Below, piece by piece: positions 46,567 to 54,546 of a stretch of 54,593 nt of DNA. The position numbers and the translations under genes are program-made. Position 1 is the stretch's first letter; each line of letters opens with the position of its first letter. Origin of the DNA: Candidatus Woesearchaeota archaeon (GTDB lineage: Archaea > Nanobdellota > Nanobdellia > Pacearchaeales > GW2011-AR1); contig CAZETU010000001.1 in the NCBI GenBank assembly GCA_964514585.1, forward strand, positions 289,409-344,001. Reading direction: 5' to 3'. The notes under the pieces are model-generated. The model was given only the letters and a program-made list of their open reading frames with translations, made no database searches and was not told where the DNA came from.

Positions 46567-47293
46567 AAGTCTTACTTATTTCAATTTTCTCACCACTAAC
46601 TTTTCGAGCAATCTCAACATACTTCTTCGCAACCTTGCTTCGTGGATGAGTGTGAACAACGGCATCCCTCAAATTCAAAGCTTCTTTAACAGCCTTATCT
46701 TCAGGGACAACTCCAATTATCTGAGCCTCAAGCATAGACTTAATCGAAGACAAAGGCATCTCGTATTTCGCATTACTATGTCGAGTCACAACAACCCCAT
46801 TAATCTCCTTTCCCATTTGTCGAGCAACCTTAACAGCCTTAAGCGCATCAGTAACGGCAGGCATTTCAGGATTAGTCACAATAATAATTTCATCAGCAGC
46901 TTCAATAACAGCAATAACCTCGTCACCAAACCCAGCAGCAGAATCAACAATTACATAATCACAAAGTTTAGCCAACTTCTTCATAATCTCAGGTAACTTC
47001 TTCGTATTAAATTTAGTCAACTCCTTAACTGAAAGCGACGACGGTATAATCTTAGTTCCAGAAGAATGTTCGTAAATAGCGTCCTCAATATCAGCTTTCC
47101 CCTTCAGAACATGATTTAAAGTCACAGGAACAATCGGCGCACCAAGCTGCAAACCAACATTAGGAGTATTCAAATTAGCATCGACAATAATAACTTCCTT
47201 ATCCAACTTATTCAGCGACGTTCCTAAATTAATAGCAGTAGTGGTCTTACCAACACCGCCTTTCCCTGAATTTATTACTATTATTCTTGCCAT
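46541..47293 (-). CDS. minD: MinD/ParA family ATPase
   Basis: deviant Walker A 'SGKGGVGKTT', 'DANL..PN', 'VDSAAG', 'VTNPEMPAVTDA'; in-frame upstream ATG at 47332. Confidence 0.92.
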   Translation of the reverse strand: MARIIVINSGKGGVGKTTTAINLGTSLNKLDKEVIIVDANLNTPNVGLQLGAPIVPVTLNHVLKGKADIEDAIYEHSSGTKIIPSSLSVKELTKFNTKKLPEIMKKLAKLCDYVIVDSAAGFGDEVIAVIEAADEIIIVTNPEMPAVTDALKAVKVARQMGKEINGVVVTRHSNAKYEMPLSSIKSMLEAQIIGVVPEDKAVKEALNLRDAVVHTHPRSKVAKKYVEIARKVSGEKIEISKTFLERLLRK

Positions 47294-47370
47294 AATTTCA
47301 TCTTCATAATAATGGTACTCTTCGAGCGCCATAATTTTTCGTCATAATAATGGTACTCTTCGGACGCCAT
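47294..47370 (-). repeat. two tandem 38/39-bp units, each starting ATGGC, directly upstream of the minD ATG
   Basis: ATGGCGTCCGAAGAGTACCATTATTATGACGAAAAATT and ATGGCGCTCGAAGAGTACCATTATTATGAAGATGAAATT. Confidence 0.9.
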
Positions 47371-47459
47371 CTTAAATCAACGTGTAAATATCAGAAAAAC
47401 TCGGTTTATAAGCTTTATCAGTCGAAAGGTTAAAACGCCTCGACCTTTAAAAAAGAATA

Positions 47460-47903
47460 TTACTTTGCAAGAATTTGTTTAACTTCAGCGATAAATTTTT
47501 CGACAATATCTGAATACTCCCCAAGTTTTTCCATATTAATTTCAGTAGTTTTAGTAGCTTCAATAATTTTCAAATTCACATTTTTTCTAAATTCACCCTC
47601 TCGAGTCTTCTTTAAATCGGGCACTCTCTTGAAAAAAATATAAAGTGGAATCACAGCCTGGATAACATCTCCTTTCCTAAAGTATTTCTTCATAAATTCA
47701 ATTCTCTGTTTGGGATTCGTAGGCATAGCAGGAATTTTCCCCCCCTCAACTCTATGCTCAAGAACAGCGTCGAAACTAATCTCAATCAAACTTTTCCACC
47801 GAGCCAATAAATTCAAAATAACGTCACAAGTCTTGGTATACTTTAAACTGACGTATAAAAGATGGTCGGCACTCGTCTTTTCCTTTATAATTTCCTCAAT
47901 CAT
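47460..47903 (-). CDS. conserved archaeal hypothetical protein (helical, possibly HEPN-like)
   Basis: 147 aa 'ADHLLYVSLKYTKT.DVI.N'; fold assignment is a guess. Confidence 0.6.
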   Translation of the reverse strand: MIEEIIKEKTSADHLLYVSLKYTKTCDVILNLLARWKSLIEISFDAVLEHRVEGGKIPAMPTNPKQRIEFMKKYFRKGDVIQAVIPLYIFFKRVPDLKKTREGEFRKNVNLKIIEATKTTEINMEKLGEYSDIVEKFIAEVKQILAK

Positions 47904-47985
47904 ATATATTATGCCTCTAAGCGTAAAAAAACAAAAGACAGCAACCTTTTTATACTTGTCGAAAAATCAAGCATCAATATTCTCA

Positions 47986-48402
47986 CTATTCTTTAGGAAA
48001 TTTACCAGCAGCACACTCAACAGACCTCAAAAAATCACCAATTCTCTCAGCTTTCAAAAAACGATACTTACCTTCAATCAATAAAATAATTTTATCCCCT
48101 TTCGCATACTCAATTGGCGAAGTCTTCTGCGCCCTTTCAACCTCCAAAATCTTAAATAAATTCTCCTTCGTCAAATCATCCAAATACTTAGGCGCAATAT
48201 CATCCATAAAAACCTTTAGGCTCCTTTCCCCCACATTCTCATAATCAAAAAACGCCCGAATCAAATCCCCAGCAGCCCGCGCCGTCTCATTAATCACCCC
48301 AATCAAAAACCGCTTATCCGCAAACTTCCCATAACCATCAAACATCCGCCGCGCCACACTCAAATGATACTTCGCATTTATCAAACTCTCCCTCCAATCC
48401 AT
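47986..48402 (-). CDS. hypothetical protein, possible distant paralog of 47460-47903
   Basis: 138 aa 'AKYHLSVARRM'; host-like codon skew. Confidence 0.6.
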   Translation of the reverse strand: MDWRESLINAKYHLSVARRMFDGYGKFADKRFLIGVINETARAAGDLIRAFFDYENVGERSLKVFMDDIAPKYLDDLTKENLFKILEVERAQKTSPIEYAKGDKIILLIEGKYRFLKAERIGDFLRSVECAAGKFPKE

Positions 48403-48549
48403 AAAACAAAACCCCAAGAACTCTTTATATTAATTATTGCGATTAACAATTTTAATTTATAGCTGAAAAGTTCGCAGTATAAAAAATTTAGACGCGTGTT
48501 TTTACACATAAGAAATTTTTTATCAAGAAATTTTCGCTAGAAATTGAAA

Positions 48550-48876
48550 TTATTTCAATTCCATTATCGCCTCAGCAATATCCCCATCACTTTTCTCCAA
48601 AGCAGCCTTGACTTCGTCCTCGCTTTTCCCAGTTTTCTCAATAACCATAACAACATCCTCTTCACTAAAAACCTCAGTACTTTCTTCAACAGCTTCCCCA
48701 GTAACCTGATAACTCTCCTGACCTTGCATCATAATCTTAATCACCGACGGATCATCAATAACCAAATTCCCATCCGCCATCTCAAAAATAACTTTTCTAA
48801 CAGGCAACGGAGTCTGAGAAATCCCCATCTTTTTCATCATCCCCTGCATCTTCGCAGGATTCATTCCACCAAGCAT
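48550..48876 (-). CDS. nac: nascent polypeptide-associated complex protein
   Basis: 'MNP.KMQGMMKKMGI', 'MMQGQESYQV.G', UBA-like 'EDV..V.EKTG.S..E...AL....GDIAEAI'. Confidence 0.93.
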   Translation of the reverse strand: MLGGMNPAKMQGMMKKMGISQTPLPVRKVIFEMADGNLVIDDPSVIKIMMQGQESYQVTGEAVEESTEVFSEEDVVMVIEKTGKSEDEVKAALEKSDGDIAEAIMELK

Positions 48877-48877
48877 C

Positions 48878-49033
48878 TTAAGTAAACCATATCCGAAGAC
48901 CAACAACAAGCGCAATCACCGCGATAATCATCCCGACAACAGCCCCAGGTCCGAACTTCAATTTAGAATTATACTCTTCCTTATACCTCATCAACCCGCC
49001 AAATCCAGCAGGCATTGCCATATCATCTGCCAT
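48878..49033 (-). CDS. secG: preprotein translocase subunit Sec61beta, not in the ORF track
   Basis: MADDMAMPAGFGGLMRYKEEYNSKLKFGPGAVVGMIIAVIALVVGLRIWFT*; 'P..GGL.RY.E...K..P..V' + TM signature. Confidence 0.88.
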   Translation of the reverse strand: MADDMAMPAGFGGLMRYKEEYNSKLKFGPGAVVGMIIAVIALVVGLRIWFT

Positions 49034-49044
49034 ACATAAACAAA

Positions 49045-49665
49045 CTAATTTCCCTTTTTAATTCTTTCCAAAGCCAAATCTTCCCTATTCCTCGACCGCC
49101 CAACAGTCTGCCCAAACCGAACCAAAATCCAATTAATAGAATTCCAATATCTCCGCGGAAACAATTTATTCAAATCCTTCTCAACTTTATTTGGATCTAA
49201 ATTCTTAGTCCAACCCATCTTCCGAGAAATCCGACCAACATGGGTATCAACCCCAATAGCAGCAGCCTTTTTCACCTCAACCAAATAAACATTCGCAGTC
49301 TTCCGCCCAACCCCAGGAAACTTCATCAACTCATCAACGCTCTCATTCAAACCACCTTCAGCAATCATCCCAGCCGTCGCCTTAATATGCCGAGCCTTAG
49401 TCTTATAATAATTAATAGAACCAATATCTTTCTCAATCGAAGAAAGCCGAGCCCTTCCCAATTTCTCAACCTTATCATATTTTTTAAAAAGTTTCTCACA
49501 AACAGCAACGGTTTTTGTATCTCGAGTCTGAGCCGATAACATTATAGCAATCAAAGTTTGCCAATTCTCATTCCAACCCTCGGCAGCCAACCGCGGACTT
49601 TCCCCAGTCTGTTCGACCAACTTCTCAATCTCTTTCAATTGCTCCACTGCAAGTTTAGAATCCAT
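49045..49665 (-). CDS. nth: endonuclease III family HhH-GPD glycosylase lacking the 4Fe-4S motif
   Basis: 'LIAIMLSAQTRD', HhH 'FPGVGRKTANV', 'VDTHVGR'; no C-terminal Cys cluster. Confidence 0.88.
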   Translation of the reverse strand: MDSKLAVEQLKEIEKLVEQTGESPRLAAEGWNENWQTLIAIMLSAQTRDTKTVAVCEKLFKKYDKVEKLGRARLSSIEKDIGSINYYKTKARHIKATAGMIAEGGLNESVDELMKFPGVGRKTANVYLVEVKKAAAIGVDTHVGRISRKMGWTKNLDPNKVEKDLNKLFPRRYWNSINWILVRFGQTVGRSRNREDLALERIKKGN

Positions 49666-49813
49666 AAACTATCAAGCACACTTTCCTTAAAAAACATTTA
49701 TATAACATCTATAGAGACATAAAAACACTACGTCCACGGCATCTATATCTACTCGCAAAATATAAATCAGATTAGAGCATAACCTCACGTTTCAAAAACA
49801 AATACCACATTTC

Positions 49814-50269
49814 TTAAATTATCCCCGCATGTTCAAAGACTTCACAGACCCCATCAGAATAAATAGTCCACCCAAAGCTCCCAGAAGCAAGACGTTCCCT
49901 CCTCCTAATTTCACATGTCGTAGGAATAGTTTCTCCTCCAATAAAATTATTCTCCCTCAAAATTTCCTCGGCTGCCTCTTGCATTTCTTCATCACTCATC
50001 CGAGCCCAACTACATCCCATAAAATCACGATATGCATTTCCAATTCCAGAAAGCGCAACAACAATCCCAGATTCCGAATCTTGACTAATACCAGTAATCA
50101 TTAACTGCGAATCAACAAGAGCCTTATATCCTCTCAACCTCCTCTTGACCCCTGCAACATACCCTCTATTAACTTCCTCAAAAGCCAAATGACTCAAAAC
50201 GTCATCCAATCCTACCTCCAATTCAAACAAAGGATTTCCATCAACAAAAAATCCCAACACTGATTCCAA
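49814..50269 (-). CDS. hypothetical protein
   Basis: 151-aa ORF with TTG start and a TATA-like box upstream; no motif recognised. Confidence 0.5.
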   Translation of the reverse strand: MESVLGFFVDGNPLFELEVGLDDVLSHLAFEEVNRGYVAGVKRRLRGYKALVDSQLMITGISQDSESGIVVALSGIGNAYRDFMGCSWARMSDEEMQEAAEEILRENNFIGGETIPTTCEIRRRERLASGSFGWTIYSDGVCEVFEHAGII

Positions 50270-50330
50270 CGGCCCACTCGTAAAAATAAAAAATCATTCG
50301 AATATATAAAAATTGTTACACCAAACTATC

Positions 50331-51614
50331 CTACTTCGCCCCTATCTTCTTCAACCCACCCATATAAGGCTGCAAAACTTTCGAAACATTAATCGACCCA
50401 TCCTTATTCTGATTATTCTCCATCAAAGCAATCAAGGCCCTTGGCGAAGCAACAACTGTATTATTCAAAGTATGCGCAAAATAATTCCCACTTCCACCAT
50501 TAATTTTAATTCCAAGTCGCCGAGCCTGAGCATCCTCTAAATTAGAACAACTCCCAACTTCAAAATACTTCTTCTGCCTCGGACTCCACGCTTCAACATC
50601 CGCCGATTTCGCTTTCAAATCCGCCAAATCTCCACTGCAACATTCCAACTTCCTAACAGGAACATCAAGGCTCTTAAAAAATTCAACAGTCCAATTCAAC
50701 ATCTTGTCATACCACTCATAACTATTCTCAGGTTCACAAACGACAACCATCTCTTGCTTCTCAAATTGATGCACACGATAAAGACCACGCTCCTCAGCCC
50801 CATGCGCCCCCTTCTCTTTCCTAAAACAAGGCGAATAACTAGTCAAAGCCTGCGGAATCTCACCCTTCTTCATCGTCTTATCCTTAAACATCCCAATCAT
50901 CGAATGTTCACTCGTCCCAATCATATACAAATCCTCACCTTCAATCTTATACATCATCGCGTCCATCTCCTCAAAGCTCATAACGCCAGTCACAACATCA
51001 CTCCTAATCATAAACGGCGGCACACAATACTCAAAGCCCTTACCAATCATAAAATCCCTAGCATAGGTCAAAACCGCCGCATGAAGTCGAGCAATATCTC
51101 CCCTCAAAAAATAAAACCCCTGCCCCGAAGTCTTCCTCGAACTCTCTATATCTAACCCCCCAAGTTTTTCAGCCAACTCAGTATGATTAAAAATCTCATA
51201 ATCAGGGACTTTAGGTTCGCCAATCTTCTCCAACTCAACATTCTCAGTATCATCCTTACCCAACGGCACAGTCTCATGAATAATCTGCGGAATCCTCATC
51301 ATTATCTCTCGAATTTTCTCACCCAATTTATCTTCCTTAGCCTCAATCTTTGCAATCTTCTCAGGAATTTTCTTAGCCTCCGCAATCAAACCCTTTGCAT
51401 CCACTTTCTTCCCCGACTTCATCACCTGATTAATCTGCTCACTAATCTTATTCCGCTCACTCCTCAAGTCATCCGCCCTCTTTCTCTCTCTTCGCCACTT
51501 CAAATCCAAATCAATCACTTCATCAACAAGCTTCAACTTCTCATCCTGTCCTTTCTTCCGAATATTCTCTCTAACCAAATCAGGATTCTCCCGAACCAAC
51601 TTAATATCTATCAT
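50331..51614 (-). CDS. serS: serine--tRNA ligase
   Basis: 'MIDIKLVRENP', coiled-coil arm, 'GTSEH', 'CFRKEKG', 'VHQFEKQE', 'HTLNNT'. Confidence 0.97.
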   Translation of the reverse strand: MIDIKLVRENPDLVRENIRKKGQDEKLKLVDEVIDLDLKWRRERKRADDLRSERNKISEQINQVMKSGKKVDAKGLIAEAKKIPEKIAKIEAKEDKLGEKIREIMMRIPQIIHETVPLGKDDTENVELEKIGEPKVPDYEIFNHTELAEKLGGLDIESSRKTSGQGFYFLRGDIARLHAAVLTYARDFMIGKGFEYCVPPFMIRSDVVTGVMSFEEMDAMMYKIEGEDLYMIGTSEHSMIGMFKDKTMKKGEIPQALTSYSPCFRKEKGAHGAEERGLYRVHQFEKQEMVVVCEPENSYEWYDKMLNWTVEFFKSLDVPVRKLECCSGDLADLKAKSADVEAWSPRQKKYFEVGSCSNLEDAQARRLGIKINGGSGNYFAHTLNNTVVASPRALIALMENNQNKDGSINVSKVLQPYMGGLKKIGAK

Positions 51615-51644
51615 ATAAAAAATAAACTCAGAATATATTTAAAT

Positions 51645-52094
51645 CTACCTGATACGTCGAGCCAAAACCCGACCCAAATTTTCAAGTCCTCGATTTCTTA
51701 TATATCTAATTTTTTCACAACCAACTCCAATTTCTTTGGTGATAACATTTATTTCTTTACCCTGAAAATATATTTTTCTTAGAACGTCAGCATATCTTTG
51801 CCCATCAGGATTTTCAGAACCATAACCTTCAGCACTATTTCCTACAGAATAATGAATCTGTTCCATTTCACCCAAGGCTGCTTCTATCTCTTCAATTAAT
51901 TCAGCTCTCTGTATCCTATCTTCATATGGGAATTTCCGAAAAAGACCTACGGTTTTCATTCTATCTTCAAATTCTCTTTGCGCCTTAGATGTTCCAGGAT
52001 GATCCCTCATTCTCTCCCTAATCTTAACATAGTGCGACATGCTACGACATCCCTTACCTCGCGCCCAATTATTCATATCCATTATTACTCCCAA
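51645..52094 (-). CDS. hypothetical protein with sigma-70 region 4-like HTH
   Basis: 'VLRKIYFQGKEINVITKEIGVGCEKIRYIRNRGLENL' fits the region-4 pattern. Confidence 0.55.
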   Translation of the reverse strand: MGVIMDMNNWARGKGCRSMSHYVKIRERMRDHPGTSKAQREFEDRMKTVGLFRKFPYEDRIQRAELIEEIEAALGEMEQIHYSVGNSAEGYGSENPDGQRYADVLRKIYFQGKEINVITKEIGVGCEKIRYIRNRGLENLGRVLARRIR

Positions 52095-52158
52095 GAATTA
52101 TTACTTTTAAATTCTCCCTTTCATAAAACTTATTAACATAACTCTCTAGCCCATACCC

Positions 52159-52863
52159 ATGGACGACAAAGAGCTCATAAAAAAAGTAAGAAATTCTCTA
52201 ATTGCAAAAAAATCCAAATCAGAAATACTACGAGGTTTCCAAAAAAGAGGCTACAAATTAGAATACGCTGAAGCACTCCTAAACAAAGCCAAAAAGCCAA
52301 AAAAAGTCGTCACGGTCCTAACTTTATTAATAATCGTTTCAGCCCTACTATTCGCAACATTCTACATCTCATTTTTAACAGGCCAAAAAACAACCTTAAC
52401 AAATCCGCTTGCAGGCTTCACAATCACAGGAAATACTATAGCAGATTCAAATCCCCAGATTCCTCAAGGTACCCAAATCCTAAATCAAAACTCAACCACA
52501 GAAAAATCCCTAGAGCAAATCGAAATAACTCCAGAATTCATATCCTTCCTACTCCAAGAAATTGGCGCAAGCCAACTCCATTCAAATCTCCTAGAAAAAC
52601 CAATAATAAACGTCAAAATAGAAGATCAAGTATTTCATTCAATTATCGGAAACGAAATAAAAACAACAGAAGGTCTAAGTGAAGATGCAGACATCCAATT
52701 CAACACAAATAAACCAGATTTAGTCGAGGCTATAATATCAGACAATCCAGAAATAATCTTCAAAGAATCAATCACAAGCGGCAACACTCAAATCGAACTC
52801 AAAACAAGCGAAACAGAACTCTTCTCAAAAGGATACCTCGGACTTTACGATTCCCTAAGATAA
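52159..52863 (+). CDS. membrane-anchored protein with SCP2-like C-terminal domain
   Basis: one TM helix; 'EDADIQF', 'IFKESITSGNTQIE', 'ELFSKGYL.LY'. Confidence 0.6.
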   Translation: MDDKELIKKVRNSLIAKKSKSEILRGFQKRGYKLEYAEALLNKAKKPKKVVTVLTLLIIVSALLFATFYISFLTGQKTTLTNPLAGFTITGNTIADSNPQIPQGTQILNQNSTTEKSLEQIEITPEFISFLLQEIGASQLHSNLLEKPIINVKIEDQVFHSIIGNEIKTTEGLSEDADIQFNTNKPDLVEAIISDNPEIIFKESITSGNTQIELKTSETELFSKGYLGLYDSLR

Positions 52864-52992
52864 CCAATAATTTATTTTGTCTGCTACCACTCTAAAATTT
52901 TCTGTCACCAACGCCCAATTCTTGTACCTACTACCCATGGACGAATTTTCAGAGAAAGACTTAAAAGCAAAATATCATTCTAATATATACAT

Positions 52993-53010
52993 TAGAACAT
53001 ATATGTTCTA
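52993..53010. promoter_or_regulatory. perfect 18-bp palindrome, candidate autoregulatory operator
   Basis: TAGAACATATATGTTCTA, ending 10 nt before the wHTH ATG. Confidence 0.6.
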
Positions 53011-53020
53011 CCTTAAAACC

Positions 53021-53287
53021 ATGGGAGACAGCTTTGATTTATTTTTCAGAAGAAAGCCAGCGATGATGCTCATAGCCCTAAAGAAGGTTTCTCGAGCAAA
53101 ATACGGATCACAACTAGCAAAAGAAGTTGACTGCACATATTCTCACGCTGTAAAAATTCTACAAAACCTTGAAGAGCTAGGGCTAGTAAGCTTCGAAAAA
53201 AAAGGCAGAATCAAAATAATCAAGTTAACCAAAAGGGGAACTGATGTTGCAGAACATATAGAAGCAATCCGAAAAATTGTTGGGTAA
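53021..53287 (+). CDS. MarR-like winged-helix transcriptional regulator
   Basis: 'YGSQLAKEVDCTYSHAVKILQNLEELGLV.FEKKGR.K..KLTKRG'; start MGDSF chosen. Confidence 0.85.
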   Translation: MGDSFDLFFRRKPAMMLIALKKVSRAKYGSQLAKEVDCTYSHAVKILQNLEELGLVSFEKKGRIKIIKLTKRGTDVAEHIEAIRKIVG

Positions 53288-53437
53288 TTCTCAAGTAATC
53301 CTAAAGATTATATATTAGTCATAATTTTATTCCGGGAGTCGCGTCTCGCGGAATAAAACAAAAACAATTCGGCAGAATCACCTTGCCCACAAGGCATTAG
53401 TCACATAGAAGCTATCCGAAAAATTGTTGGATAATTC
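53255..53437 (+). repeat. duplicated regulator 3' end (53255-53290 vs 53402-53437) flanking structured element copy B
   Basis: 33/36 identity; TTTTATTCCG-ggagtcgcgtctcg-CGGAATAAAA hairpin at 53325-53358. Confidence 0.9.
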
Positions 53438-54436
53438 CTAAACACCTTCTCGACTTTCTCTCAATATATCTTTCCCACTAAAAAGAATTAATAAGCAAAA
53501 TCCAATAGCCGAAACTATCAATCCCCTAACTCTATAAATCAAACTAAAGAGAAGCCCAGCCCCGGCCTCATTTTTCAGCAAAGCAAAGAATCCACTTTGT
53601 CCAAATTCCATCGAACCAAGCGCCATCGGCAAAGGAATAAGCGTCGTAATCCCAACAATCATAATTACAATAATCAACTCAAGCACATTAGTACTTACCC
53701 CAAAACTCAAGAGTAAAAACTTATATTCAATTATGGCAATAACCGCAGACAAAATATAAAAAGAATAACTAGCAAAAAAAGCCTTTTTCTGATGAATCAT
53801 AAAATGACTCAACCTAGAATCAATATCCTTCAAACTCTTTCCCATCTTCTCCAATCTTTTCTTACTCAAGAAAATGCTAAACAAATTATGAAACAATCCC
53901 TTCTTACGGCTAAGTCTATAATATACATAAGTTAAAACTAACATAGAAAAAATTATCAAACCAAAAAGAATTAATCTAATAATACCAGGCATACCCGGAA
54001 TAAAAATCAAAAGAACAACACCTACCAGCCCAAACGTAAGCGAACCCAAATATTCCATATATTTATCAAGTATAATACTCGCCGTCCCAGTTTTATAATC
54101 AACATTAGATTCTTTCTTAAGCATATAAATCCTCAAAGGCTCACCACCAATCCTCGAAGACGGCGTAACAAAACTCACAGCATAGCCAGCCAATTGCATT
54201 CTAAGAAGCTTCAAGAAACCAACACTTTTCCCATAACCTTTCAAAATTGCTTGCCAACGCCAAACAAGTGGGAAGATTGACACTACCGTAAAAAAAGCAT
54301 AAAGCCACATATACTTAGCATTAAAATTCGCCCGAAACAATTCTATCCCATCCCCGCCAAGTGCATAAAGACTATAAACAAATAACAAAATACCAGCAGT
54401 AAATAAAAAAATCTGCATTTTACTAATCCTCTTCAT
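53438..54436 (-). CDS. lysylphosphatidylglycerol synthase TM-region / flippase-like protein (UPF0104)
   Basis: 'WRWQ.IL', 'VTPSSRIGGEPLR.Y', 'P.P.ALG..EFG', 'YRVR'. Confidence 0.88.
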   Translation of the reverse strand: MKRISKMQIFLFTAGILLFVYSLYALGGDGIELFRANFNAKYMWLYAFFTVVSIFPLVWRWQAILKGYGKSVGFLKLLRMQLAGYAVSFVTPSSRIGGEPLRIYMLKKESNVDYKTGTASIILDKYMEYLGSLTFGLVGVVLLIFIPGMPGIIRLILFGLIIFSMLVLTYVYYRLSRKKGLFHNLFSIFLSKKRLEKMGKSLKDIDSRLSHFMIHQKKAFFASYSFYILSAVIAIIEYKFLLLSFGVSTNVLELIIVIMIVGITTLIPLPMALGSMEFGQSGFFALLKNEAGAGLLFSLIYRVRGLIVSAIGFCLLILFSGKDILRESREGV

Positions 54437-54546
54437 TAAATAATCTCGTAAAATTCATTATTAAAACTTTTCATCAAATCTTGCTACGACAATAACAAGG
54501 CCAATAAGCAATAGTTTTTTAAATCAAATTTATCATAAATATTTAT

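Noticed and set aside
9858-53437. Diversity-generating retroelement (TR/VR pairs at gene 3' ends with hairpins)
   Set aside because: Mismatches are not adenine-specific on either strand (T/C, C/T, A/T, G/A), they are silent rather than diversifying, the targets are housekeeping genes, and no reverse transcriptase is present.
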